A stretch of 64,000 nucleotides of DNA from positions 64,001 through 128,000 of IMG/VR virus record IMGVR_UViG_3300045988_085326; one strand, written 5' to 3'. Both the position numbers and the translations under genes were made by a program. A model generated the notes under the pieces. It did not search any database. It was not told where the DNA came from and saw only the letters and a list, made by a program, of their open reading frames with translations. Shown piece by piece: positions 1-9,868 of this stretch. This DNA comes from a virus. Position 1 is the stretch's first letter. Each line of letters begins with the position of its first letter.

Positions 1-310
1 CATAATTATAAGGATAATTACCTAAATAATTAGAGTTGTTTAAATAATTCATTTTTCATAAGTCCTCCTACTTTTATCTCTGTTCTTTGACATATTTTTA
101 TGAAAATTTAAGTGAGATAATTTTAATAAAAAGTCCTTAATTTTCATAAAAATTTATTAAACATTTAAAATTTAGCAGGTAGTTAATTTTTTCTAATAAG
201 GGAGGATAAAATTTACGAAAAAATAGATTTGAAAATAAATAGATTAAATAGAATTTAATATTGCTTAGCAAAAATAAAAATGGGCATAAAAAAATGCGTA
301 GATTTTAAAT

Positions 311-1465
311 CTACGCATATTGTAATCGATCTATCAGCTCCATATAAATATCATGAGCAAATAAATCATGAAATAATTTATCTAAACTACATAATGTTCT
401 GTAGCTATTTTTCCTCTTTAAATATCCACGCCAAGACTGATAAGAACAATTAATATCATTTAATGTCATTAAACCTTGGTCATAGAATTTTTTAAATTTT
501 TTCATTTTTCTTCTCATATGAGTTACAGCAGTTCTAGACACTCTTCTCAATATTTTTCCACTTTCTGTAATATTATATTTAGTTTTTAAAAAAGTGAATT
601 GATGAGTCAATTTAACAATTTGAGTTTTATTAGGATTTAATTTAATTCCAATTTCATCACACATCCTTGTAATTTCTTGTAAACAATATTACAAATATTC
701 TTTACTATGATGAATTAAATAACTATCATCCATATATCTTGCATAACCGCGAATCCTTAAAACCTCTTTAATATAATGGTCAATATGATTTGGATAGTTA
801 ATAGCTAGAATTTGACTGGTTTCACTGCCTAAACCTAAACTTTTTTCTCCAAATGGTACTACAAATTGTTTTGTTAAATTGATAATTCTTTCATCAAATA
901 TCTTCTTTTCTAGATCATCAAATATAGGTTCATGAAGTATATTATCAAAATAACCAGAAAAATCAATTATTAATATATATCCATCTCTTCCATATTCATT
1001 ATAAAATTCAACTAAATGTTGAGTTAATCTTTTATGAGTAAAATCTACACCTTTACCTTTCAAACTAGCTCCATTGTCATGAATAAGAGATTTAGATAAT
1101 ATAGGTAATAAGCAATGTTTATTAACTGCTTTTTGCACTACTCGTTCACTTATATGAACACTTCTTATATATCTAGTTTTTCCTCTCTCGTTTAATATAA
1201 AATGATGGAATCCTTTAGAAACACTTTTACCATCATAAATATCTTCTCTAGTTTGGTAAACATTTTTAAAAAGATTCCGTTCATATTTTTGTGTGCTAGC
1301 TTTCCATGATACAGTTTTCTTACATTGATAGAAAGCATCACATAAGTTATCAAAAGAAATTATTTCATCAAAATTTCCATATTTTTCATTTAATTCTTTT
1401 TTCTTTTTAATTCTTTTTGCTACTCTTCTCTGATAGCGAGCTTCTTTTCTTTCTTCGCTTGTCAT
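311..1465 (-). CDS. DGR reverse transcriptase; reading frame interrupted by a single in-frame TAA (plus coords 689-691), so the ORF track shows two same-frame ORFs 689..1465 and 311..664
   Basis: Motif 4 SLGLGSETSQ (DGR-type GxxxSQ), motif 5 YARYMDD, motif 6/7 GIKLNPNKTQIV in the downstream ORF. Both ORFs share one frame (1465 and 664 both = 1 mod 3). Sits immediately downstream of TR as in canonical DGRs. Confidence 0.8.
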
Positions 1466-1784
1466 AATAAAAACTCCTTTGTACCGCCCAATATTACTTG
1501 TATATTTCCTTCGGTCAGCGGCATAGAATAATGGGCATGAAAATAAAGCAAATATACGAATCTTTATCCATGCAAGCAGCGTCCGCCCAATTCATCAAAG
1601 TATTTATTTACCAATTAAGGAAGATCACTTTTTCATGTGGTTATATTATTTGATTATATTATTTTCGCTTGTACTGCGTTTAAAAATATTGAGATTTATT
1701 CAATAATAAATCTACGGATTTCAGTTTGTTGTCCGTGGTATTGGATTTAAACATAACTTACTTTGTCTGTACTTTTATACCACA
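1466..1784 (-). ncRNA. DGR TR-to-RT spacer, presumed part of the TR-containing RNA used for cDNA priming
   Basis: Non-coding ~320 nt between the 3' end of TR and the RT start codon. Locally GC-richer than surroundings. Function assigned by analogy with characterised DGRs, not seen directly. Confidence 0.35.
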
Positions 1785-1909
1785 TAAAACACACAGGAAC
1801 CCCAATGTTGGTGTTAGACGCATTGTTGTTGTTGGCATTTCCGTTGTTGTTGACATTACAGCAGTTAGTAGAGTTACCAGAGTTAACAGTAGCTAACCAC
1901 CAGTTGCAG
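1785..1909 (-). repeat. DGR template repeat (TR)
   Basis: 125-bp near-repeat of 2691..2815 (offset 906). All ~21 mismatches are T in TR on the plus strand, i.e. A on the coding minus strand. TR-encoded peptide is Asn(AAC)-rich: CNWWLATVNSGNSTNCCNVNNNGNANNNNASNTNIGVPVCF. Confidence 0.9.
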
Positions 1910-2010
1910 GACAATTCCCCAAACAGCAATCTAGTACAGCATATAACTCACAACATTGAGATAACTGAGGAAACATAAAAAGTAACCTAAGTCTATATAT
2001 TAAATTAACT

Positions 2011-2451
2011 TCATTTACAATTATGTTTCATAAAGTTAATATGACTTTCATCTTCACGCTTTAATAAATCATTTATCAGCTCTTCTTCGTCAACAATAAA
2101 ACCTACAACACGTTCTCGCACTGACATTTTGATATGAAGTCTTTCTCTGGCATCCTGCATTTCCGCGAGGATATCTTCACAACAATCATACATATTCATT
2201 AAAGCTTCTTTCTTTCTTTTGTATAAGAAAGATTCGTTGTCATCTTCACCTACACAATTATAATAGGTGTTTGCATTTTTAACAAGTTCCCGACATAAAT
2301 CAATCATAGGTATTGAATATACAAATCTATATCTTTTTGGAAAGACTTTTTCATTCATTACCATAGATGTAACTTCTCTTCTTATCCGCGTAGCATTATG
2401 AATAAACTCGACCTCTGATGTGGCTCTGTTTCTTCGTAATACATTACTCAT
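2011..2451 (-). CDS. putative DGR accessory variability determinant (Avd)-like basic protein, 146 aa
   Basis: Located between target gene and TR, which is the canonical Avd position. Basic, helical-looking. No motif-level confirmation. Confidence 0.4.
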   Translation of the reverse strand: MSNVLRRNRATSEVEFIHNATRIRREVTSMVMNEKVFPKRYRFVYSIPMIDLCRELVKNANTYYNCVGEDDNESFLYKRKKEALMNMYDCCEDILAEMQDARERLHIKMSVRERVVGFIVDEEELINDLLKREDESHINFMKHNCK

Positions 2452-2647
2452 TTAATGTAGCTAACTCCTCTTCAAGCTGATTGATTTGTGCTCTCAAATT
2501 TTCTCTATAAGTCTTAATCTCTGCATATTCGATGTCAGAGATTAAGCCTTCAGAATATTTAAGAGCTTTATAGTCAGAATTAGTAAGTAACTGTTTTAAT
2601 GCAGTTATTTCACCATTAATTTGGTCTGCTCTTGTATTCATTTCCAT
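2444..2647 (-). CDS. small coiled-coil protein, 67 aa, unknown function
   Basis: ORF with heptad-like LKQLL...LEEEL pattern. Translationally coupled to 2011..2451. Confidence 0.4.
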   Translation of the reverse strand: MEMNTRADQINGEITALKQLLTNSDYKALKYSEGLISDIEYAEIKTYRENLRAQINQLEEELATLNE

Positions 2648-2676
2648 ATTCTTATATCCTTTCTATTCATCAAAGT

Positions 2677-3489
2677 TTAGGCAGAGATTCTAAAACACAC
2701 AGGAACCCCAATGGCGGTGCCAGACGCATAGTAGTAGTCGGCAAATCCGCCGCTGGTGACACGACAGCAGCGAGTAGAGTTACCAGAGTTAACAGTAGCT
2801 AACCACCAGGCGCAGCGACCTCCGTTATTTCCTTTACCTTTGATTCTATGTGTGTAACTATTTGCAAATAAAGGATATTGTACTGCCTGACCTTGTGAAA
2901 ATCCTTTAGTTCCCCATACTACTGAACCAAATACTTCATATTCATGAGGTAGCCATAAATTACCCATATCTTGCCAAGCCCAAGTTGTAGAATCTGTTAA
3001 TGCACCACTTGCACTATATCTACTCTCTAACAAGCTTCTTTTATTTTTAATTACAGCTTTTACATCAGTTGGTAACTTAGGATAAATAGTATTATTCAAA
3101 TAAGAATATACATTAGATACCAACCAAGGATGAGGACTTGTTGAGTTACCATTGTTATTATTAGTTGTATTCCATTGAACATAATTATTCAAGCAATCAA
3201 CACTAATCCAATCAATATGATGTCCAAGTTGCTGGTCTGCAGTCTTATAATAAGTGTCAATACCTGCAATCTGCATTTTGACTACTTCTCCACCAGTCAA
3301 TGTAATTGTCTTATAATCACCAACTCTTAAATCACTAAAATCAGCATTCTGACATTTAGTTTGTAATTGTGCCCAAGTATACTCAGACAATTCACGACCT
3401 TCATAAAGTTGAGGTCCTTCGGTTTTAATTTCATAAATATTACCGATATCATACTCAACACCATTTAATAGCAATTTTGTAATACCCAT
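2677..3489 (-). CDS. DGR target protein: distal tail fibre/receptor-binding protein with C-terminal C-type lectin (FGE-sulfatase-like) fold carrying the VR
   Basis: 270 aa. C-terminal WLPHEYEVFG...CAWWLAT...GVPVCF is typical of DGR variable proteins (Mtd/TvpA class). Last gene of the tail module. Confidence 0.85.
   Translation of the reverse strand: MGITKLLLNGVEYDIGNIYEIKTEGPQLYEGRELSEYTWAQLQTKCQNADFSDLRVGDYKTITLTGGEVVKMQIAGIDTYYKTADQQLGHHIDWISVDCLNNYVQWNTTNNNNGNSTSPHPWLVSNVYSYLNNTIYPKLPTDVKAVIKNKRSLLESRYSASGALTDSTTWAWQDMGNLWLPHEYEVFGSVVWGTKGFSQGQAVQYPLFANSYTHRIKGKGNNGGRCAWWLATVNSGNSTRCCRVTSGGFADYYYASGTAIGVPVCFRISA
2691..2815 (-). repeat. DGR variable repeat (VR) at the 3' end of the target gene
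   Basis: Aligns to TR 1785..1909. VR peptide CAWWLATVNSGNSTRCCRVTSGGFADYYYASGTAIGVPVCF differs from the TR peptide only at TR-Asn/adenine positions. Shared 3' block encodes GVPVCF. Confidence 0.9.
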
Positions 3490-3508
3490 GTTTATCTCCT
3501 TTTAATTC

Positions 3509-4384
3509 TTAATTTATTATTAAAGTGTAGTTTCCAGTACTATTAGTTTCTACACTAAAATAACTATCTATCAGTTTCAATTCATCTTCACCCATACCTT
3601 TAGGTCTATAAGCAGAAATACAACCAGAAAATAAAGTATCTTCATCAATTACTTGAAACATATTCAACAAGTTTTGAATATTACCTAATAATTGATTTAT
3701 CGCAGATACACTAACCGCAGTATGAGTAGGGTCAGTTCCCAATGTTTTATAATCATCTGTAATTCTTAAATGACCATATTTTTCATTAGTTCCAACACCA
3801 TAATCTTGTTTAGTTGAAGCATGGTCTTTTTCAGCCATCTTACTAAACTGATTATATAATGCTTCAGAATTAACAAGATTCTCACTTCGTTGAGTAGGGA
3901 CAGAATCAAAACCAATTTCTTTAAATTTATTATCTGTATCTCCTACTAATACCTTATCTTTAGAAATACTTGTTACACCAGTTCCACCGTACTTAACAGG
4001 AACTGTTTTCAATATCTCTAACATTGACTTTATTATATCATAATAATTTTGAACTGTCAACCCCATATTTCCAGCAATCTGCTGTATATTCTCTTCCAAA
4101 GGTATATTATTTAAATCAATACTGAATGGAATTGGGTCCGCAAATGTATGATTTTCATTTAATATACTTACAGATGAAATCATAGATGGGAAATTGTTGT
4201 CTTTAATAAACCATAAGGTTCCAGGTGTTAAATCTTCTACTGTGGTGTCTTCAGGTAGTTCTGGCAATCCATTAATGCTTTTAGCTACTAAAGGAGATTT
4301 ATATTCAACATCTGTTAATCTTTTATCTACATCAAAAACATTATAAAAATGTTGAACAATAAACATTGTTTCTGACCAAGCCAT
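3509..4384 (-). CDS. tail/baseplate-associated hypothetical protein, 291 aa
   Basis: Long ORF in the tail module, translationally coupled to neighbours. Confidence 0.5.
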   Translation of the reverse strand: MAWSETMFIVQHFYNVFDVDKRLTDVEYKSPLVAKSINGLPELPEDTTVEDLTPGTLWFIKDNNFPSMISSVSILNENHTFADPIPFSIDLNNIPLEENIQQIAGNMGLTVQNYYDIIKSMLEILKTVPVKYGGTGVTSISKDKVLVGDTDNKFKEIGFDSVPTQRSENLVNSEALYNQFSKMAEKDHASTKQDYGVGTNEKYGHLRITDDYKTLGTDPTHTAVSVSAINQLLGNIQNLLNMFQVIDEDTLFSGCISAYRPKGMGEDELKLIDSYFSVETNSTGNYTLIIN

Positions 4385-4385
4385 T

Positions 4386-4796
4386 TTACACTATAACCTC
4401 CTTTATTTTTAAATTATTATTAGAACTTATAAAAGTAACTGTTTTTGTTTTCTTTAAATCTTGTTGTCCCGCAGTCTTTACAAAATATAATTTCTGAATA
4501 ATAATCATTTCTTCATTTTGAACTTCAAATGTTGTTACCATAACATGATAATTTTCTGTTTGAGCTTCTTCTTTTTTATACTCTTCAGTAATAGTCATTT
4601 GATTATTTGCATCTATATCAAAAGAAGTCATACTTGGACTTCCAAGATGCATCTCCTCTTCAAGATTACTACCACTAAGCATATCAATATTTACAGCATC
4701 TGCCCCAAGAGGAAAAGGAGCAGAAAAGGTTGCATCTTGTAATCTTTGAGATAACTCTTTTATTCTTTTCATATATCCTCCTATCCCAAAATACAA
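4386..4796 (-). CDS. hypothetical tail-module protein, 136 aa
   Basis: ORF with RBS, in operon context. Confidence 0.45.
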   Translation of the reverse strand: MYFGIGGYMKRIKELSQRLQDATFSAPFPLGADAVNIDMLSGSNLEEEMHLGSPSMTSFDIDANNQMTITEEYKKEEAQTENYHVMVTTFEVQNEEMIIIQKLYFVKTAGQQDLKKTKTVTFISSNNNLKIKEVIV

Positions 4797-5053
4797 TCTA
4801 CTAATGTAGTTGCTGGCTCATCTTGCTTAAAATAAATTGATGTTATATTAACTTCATTAAATTCTAAAATTTCTGTCTTTCCTATTTCAAAATTCTGTCC
4901 ATTAATACAACATATATGAGTCGAAATTGACTGAACTCCGAGCTTCTTAATATTTAAGAAACTCGGAAAATCTTTCTTAATTATGTCAACTAACTCTTCA
5001 TTCTGTTTAAAAGGTCCATGTATTTGGACAAATTTCTCATTAATCATCTTCAC
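4781..5053 (-). CDS. hypothetical tail-module protein, 90 aa
   Basis: ORF overlapping neighbours by a few codons, typical phage coupling. Confidence 0.4.
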   Translation of the reverse strand: MKMINEKFVQIHGPFKQNEELVDIIKKDFPSFLNIKKLGVQSISTHICCINGQNFEIGKTEILEFNEVNITSIYFKQDEPATTLVDCILG

Positions 5054-7136
5054 CCTCCACTATGAACCAAACTCCACCAATAGCAAGTTTTTGTTGTTGA
5101 GCTGATAATGTAGCATCATCTCTACTAGCTACCATAGTCCAAGAAATTTCGTTATTAAATGTTCCTAAATAATACCAACCTTTGTAATCAGTAGTTCCAG
5201 GTTTATAATTATAATCAAAAGCATAAAATAATTTATTCTCGCCTTCTTCTCCTATAGTCACTATTTTACCATCATACAAAGGATTTGTTAAACCATTCGG
5301 ATATGTATCATTCAGATAACTTAAAGCATTATTTATTGCTTCAATTCCAGGATGTTCAGAAGGTAACACATTGAAACCAATCAAAACTCCTGCATCATCC
5401 TTAATACTTCCTAAATCTAACCAACCATCTTTACCATCATGGATTCTTGTTAATCCATCCTCAGTTAATTTCTTTCTGATATTAGGATTACTATAATAAA
5501 CTAAAAAGTGATAATCTATTTCATCAATAGTAGTAGCTTCTATATAATTTACTGGTTGCTTACTAATAGGAATATCCTCTCCAGTATTATAAATTACATG
5601 GAAAAGATAATCGCTATCTTTAGTTATATCATCATCTATATAAACTTTATCAATAAACTTAATAATGTTATCAATAGCTTCATCATCACCAGTATTATAA
5701 ACTACATGGAATTTATTATCACCTTCATCTGTAATATCATCAATTTTATTAAAATATATATGGTCAATATATTTTAACATATTATAATAAATCAATGGGT
5801 CACCATTATTATACTGAATAGTAATAGTTCCATCATCAGCAATAGAAATATCTCTAACCCATGTCAAAGTTGTTATATAAGGTGGCGTTCCATTATTATA
5901 AGTAACTGTAAAAGTTCCATTCGCACCTAAAGATATCCCAGTTATCCACTGAATTTCATTATCAAAAGTATCATCTGTTCCATCATTATAATTGACTTTA
6001 ACAGTACCATTAGCATACATCTCAATATCTTTAATCCAGCGTAAATGAGTATTAGACAAAATTTCATCTTCTTTTCCGCCAGTATAATGTAAAGTAATTT
6101 TACCATCTTCCGCTATTGAAATACTTTTAACCCATGCTAAATCAGTTTCATAAATAGTTGGATTTCCATCTTTATCTGTACTATGATTATATTGAACAGT
6201 AAAATGTCCATTAGTAGAATCTAATGTAACTTGTTTAATCCACTTTAATAATTTAGTATAAGTATCAGTATTATCATGTGAATAATCAATAACTATAGTT
6301 CCTTCTTCATCAAAACTAATATTATCAATCATATTATAGTCACCTAAAAAAATAGATACTGGTTCTCCATTAGCATCTTTATCATAGTGATAATAGTCAT
6401 AAACTAATACTTCACGTTCATTATCAATATCATCTTGACGTCCTTCATAATCCTGAATTGTCTCATCTGCTTTCATCACTCTAAAATTTTTGAAAGCATC
6501 ACCCTTAATTCCTTTAGGAATATTAAAATGCCACTTCTCATAAAATGGATGAGTTTTATCATCTACTCGTTCTGTTAAATTTTCATTAATAAAATCATCA
6601 GTATCATTACTTCTGTTATAATAAGGACTTACACTTTCCGCAGTAAACTCTTCAACAAGATAAGGAAACTTAAATCCAATATATGCAATCGCGTCCTCAC
6701 CATTTTCACTTCTTACACAACAGCAAGCCCATTCAACTACATCATTAAATTTAACTCCATCCTTACCAGGCACCATACTAACTGGAACAGAATAACTGCC
6801 TTCACTATATCTATTCTCAAATCCTTCTGTCTTTTGTTTCAGTTTAACTTGTTCAATAGTAGTCAACTCTAACATAGGCGCACGTCCAGCTGGTCCAACT
6901 ATAGTTCCAACATAGACAGCTCCACCCATTTCGTTAGTATAATCATACCCTCTACGAAAAACTTTACCATTATCTGGGTCATTTTTATTTTCTGTATTGA
7001 TTAATACATGCTCATCATAGTGAACAGCAGAATAGGTAGGTCCTTTCTTAAAATTCTCCACCATTTCCGCGATTGATGAAAAAGATTTCACTATAATAAA
7101 AGAAAACCCAGGCTTACCACCATAGAAACTTTCCAT
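5040..7136 (-). CDS. tail fibre/spike protein with five tandem ~38-aa beta repeats
   Basis: 698 aa. Repeats such as KWIKQVTLDSTNGHFTVQYN / AWVKSISIAEDGKITLHYTGG / RWIKDIEMYANGTVKVNYNDG / QWITGISLGANGTFTVTYNNG / TWVRDISIADDGTITIQYNNG. Confidence 0.55.
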   Translation of the reverse strand: MESFYGGKPGFSFIIVKSFSSIAEMVENFKKGPTYSAVHYDEHVLINTENKNDPDNGKVFRRGYDYTNEMGGAVYVGTIVGPAGRAPMLELTTIEQVKLKQKTEGFENRYSEGSYSVPVSMVPGKDGVKFNDVVEWACCCVRSENGEDAIAYIGFKFPYLVEEFTAESVSPYYNRSNDTDDFINENLTERVDDKTHPFYEKWHFNIPKGIKGDAFKNFRVMKADETIQDYEGRQDDIDNEREVLVYDYYHYDKDANGEPVSIFLGDYNMIDNISFDEEGTIVIDYSHDNTDTYTKLLKWIKQVTLDSTNGHFTVQYNHSTDKDGNPTIYETDLAWVKSISIAEDGKITLHYTGGKEDEILSNTHLRWIKDIEMYANGTVKVNYNDGTDDTFDNEIQWITGISLGANGTFTVTYNNGTPPYITTLTWVRDISIADDGTITIQYNNGDPLIYYNMLKYIDHIYFNKIDDITDEGDNKFHVVYNTGDDEAIDNIIKFIDKVYIDDDITKDSDYLFHVIYNTGEDIPISKQPVNYIEATTIDEIDYHFLVYYSNPNIRKKLTEDGLTRIHDGKDGWLDLGSIKDDAGVLIGFNVLPSEHPGIEAINNALSYLNDTYPNGLTNPLYDGKIVTIGEEGENKLFYAFDYNYKPGTTDYKGWYYLGTFNNEISWTMVASRDDATLSAQQQKLAIGGVWFIVEGEDD

Positions 7137-7150
7137 TCTTTTGTCCTCCT

Positions 7151-7843
7151 TTAATATTTAAAATCCATAATAAAGAAATCTTTTCCATCTTGAGTAAATA
7201 AAGAATCCTTTATTATAAAGCCAATATATGAAATATTTATATCTTCATTATATAATTCATATATTCCACTTCTACCTATTCTTATTTCTTCTCCATCTAT
7301 ACAAAATAATAAACCAGGCGGTCCTTGAATACCTATTTTTTTAAGAGTAGTCATTCCTGCATAATTCTTAGCTAAATAGCTACTAATTACATTTATTACT
7401 CTATCAAATTGAAGTATTTTAATTTTCATAATTCTTCCGCTTGTTCCATCACTATTATCTGTATAAAAATCTAAAGCTAATCTTTTTAATTCAAATATAA
7501 TTTGATTATAATTTGAATTAGGAGTAAATATCAATTCAAAAGTAGTAGTTCCTACTCCCTGTTTAACTACAAAACTTCTAATATTTTGTATATTATCAAC
7601 AGTAACTTCATCACTTTGTAGTCTAATTGAAAATTCTTGAGTTACTTCTGGAAGCTGAGTAACCTCAAATTTTAAATAATAACTATATATAGAAGATACT
7701 ATATTAGCTCCGCTTAAGTACATACACTGGTCGTAAAAATCAATAATACTATTTTCATTTTTAATTAATCCTTGTTGATAAGATAATGCTGTACTATAAG
7801 AACTAATTTGATTACGTCTTAATTGACCAATTTGGTAACTCAT
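7151..7843 (-). CDS. hypothetical baseplate protein, 230 aa
   Basis: ORF in tail module. Confidence 0.5.
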   Translation of the reverse strand: MSYQIGQLRRNQISSYSTALSYQQGLIKNENSIIDFYDQCMYLSGANIVSSIYSYYLKFEVTQLPEVTQEFSIRLQSDEVTVDNIQNIRSFVVKQGVGTTTFELIFTPNSNYNQIIFELKRLALDFYTDNSDGTSGRIMKIKILQFDRVINVISSYLAKNYAGMTTLKKIGIQGPPGLLFCIDGEEIRIGRSGIYELYNEDINISYIGFIIKDSLFTQDGKDFFIMDFKY

Positions 7844-7849
7844 ATCCTT

Positions 7850-9868
7850 TTATATCCTTTCTAGCGCACGTGTGCAAGAGAGAGTCATAGTGCTTGTAAT
7901 ATCAAGAGGTAATGTAATATTATTTATCATATAATCTCCATAAATTCCGCTAACTGCATCTCTTACTGTAATACGCATATTTGGTTCTAAGTAAAAGATA
8001 GGAATTGCACTTACAGTAATACTTTCATTATAGCTAGTATACTGATGCAACATCTGTCTTACTACATTATATGCAGAATTAAAATTGCCTCCACCAGTAA
8101 TCATACTAAATAAGTTTTGACTTAATTGAATATAATCTTGTCCTTTATTTTCGCACTCTTGTCTTAATTCAGCAATATCTTCTGCTGCCTGATTTAATAA
8201 TACTAAATCTGGTATTTCAGGCTCAAATACACAGTTTACTTTATCATCATTTATTACTTTTGTGCGGCGACCAATATTAGTAATACTAATTTCAGATATA
8301 TCCGCTCCAGTATCAATAAAATCTAAATAGAAATCAATATCACTTGGATACTTTAATACTTCATCAAAGAACTTCCCATTTTCTACATCATAGAGTTTAG
8401 GCCATTCATTCTTTAACTCTGTATAATAATAATTAGAATCTATCGCTAATGGGTCACTTGAACTTCCGCTTAAGTATAACTCTGTTCGCCAATCCTTAGT
8501 AGTTATAGCTTTTAATCCTATTGTTATTTCATCATAAGTTTTTGTCTTTGACTTCCACTCATAAATTTTCTTAGTAGAAGCATCCATATAAAAAACTTCT
8601 TTAACTCCAACAAGAGGAAATTGACTTTTATTAGGAAATACAGTCGGGCATTTAGCTTTTATAATTTTATCTTCTGGGTCTTCATAAAAGAAAACTTGAT
8701 AAGTATTTCCTATCTGCGGCTTGTGGTCAATAGCAAGATGATAACGTAAAGGATAAGTTCTACCTTCAATATCTTCGCGAATGCCCCATACAATAAAATC
8801 ATTCTTTATCATATTATACTGCGGAGTATTGCTATAAGAAGTAATCAAAGTGTTATCATCAAATGTATATACTGATTTTCCTTTTGTGTAATCTGCAAGA
8901 TAATCTTCTTTTGTTATTTTATCCAGTTCTACTGTTGCATGGCTTGTGTTTAAATAATTCTTTATTTCTTGAAATACAAAATTTCCATCTATGTCATAGA
9001 AATATTCATAATTTCCTAATAAAACTTTTATCTTATCTAATATATCACATACTGAATTGCCAGCATCTGCAATTAGTTCATCTGGATAAATAAAATCAGT
9101 GTAAATATATCCAATATCACTACCATATTCATACATCTTATATAAACCCGCGGCAGCCGCTTCCGCACCATCTGTAGTTGGAGTATATTGGATTGAACTT
9201 CCATTCGTTTGTTCTATAATATAAAGTGGAGAACTTCCAATCCATTTCATTACCTTTTTTATTCTAGTATCTAAGTCACTAATAATAATCTTTCCAAGCT
9301 GTTCTCCGCCAAAATGACTAACTACCTCTTGTATTATCTGATAAATAGTAGGTTGAAGAATTACATATTCTCCATCTTCATTAACAGTTTCATACTCATG
9401 GAAAACTGTAGAGGCTGGTATAACGCCTCCGCATTCTCCATTTAAAAGACACATTTTATCCTTTAATTGTAAAGAAATAGTAACTCCAGAAGTTCCACTT
9501 GAAATAGATGGATTTATAATAACATATATTCCAAGTGGAAACCAGATAATTGGAAATTGACTATAATATTCTGTAGTATTTAAAATACCAATTTCTAAAT
9601 CTACTTTCTTATTAATTGAAATTAGATTATTTACGTTAGTCAAATCATTCTCGTATTCTTGAGCTACCATAGTTAAATTACAAGTTCTTCTTATGCTAGA
9701 AGTCCCGTCTAAATTTATACTTCCACTAATTACTTGACCTTGTATTGTTCTAATTGGTTTTTCTACAAAATCAAGTAAAGTTATTCTAACATATTGCTCC
9801 TTATTTTGTAATTTATCTATTACTTGCAGAAAGGCAGAGTCTTTTAAATAAGGATAATTCTTTCTCAT
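7850..9868 (-). CDS. baseplate/tail structural protein, 672 aa
   Basis: Long ORF contiguous with neighbours. Confidence 0.5.
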   Translation of the reverse strand: MRKNYPYLKDSAFLQVIDKLQNKEQYVRITLLDFVEKPIRTIQGQVISGSINLDGTSSIRRTCNLTMVAQEYENDLTNVNNLISINKKVDLEIGILNTTEYYSQFPIIWFPLGIYVIINPSISSGTSGVTISLQLKDKMCLLNGECGGVIPASTVFHEYETVNEDGEYVILQPTIYQIIQEVVSHFGGEQLGKIIISDLDTRIKKVMKWIGSSPLYIIEQTNGSSIQYTPTTDGAEAAAAGLYKMYEYGSDIGYIYTDFIYPDELIADAGNSVCDILDKIKVLLGNYEYFYDIDGNFVFQEIKNYLNTSHATVELDKITKEDYLADYTKGKSVYTFDDNTLITSYSNTPQYNMIKNDFIVWGIREDIEGRTYPLRYHLAIDHKPQIGNTYQVFFYEDPEDKIIKAKCPTVFPNKSQFPLVGVKEVFYMDASTKKIYEWKSKTKTYDEITIGLKAITTKDWRTELYLSGSSSDPLAIDSNYYYTELKNEWPKLYDVENGKFFDEVLKYPSDIDFYLDFIDTGADISEISITNIGRRTKVINDDKVNCVFEPEIPDLVLLNQAAEDIAELRQECENKGQDYIQLSQNLFSMITGGGNFNSAYNVVRQMLHQYTSYNESITVSAIPIFYLEPNMRITVRDAVSGIYGDYMINNITLPLDITSTMTLSCTRALERI

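Noticed and set aside
1747-1978. ORFs 1747..1929 (-) and 1763..1978 (+) from the six-frame track
   Set aside because: They lie over the DGR template repeat. The Asn-rich 'protein' is just the translation of the AAC-rich TR, which is a non-coding template.
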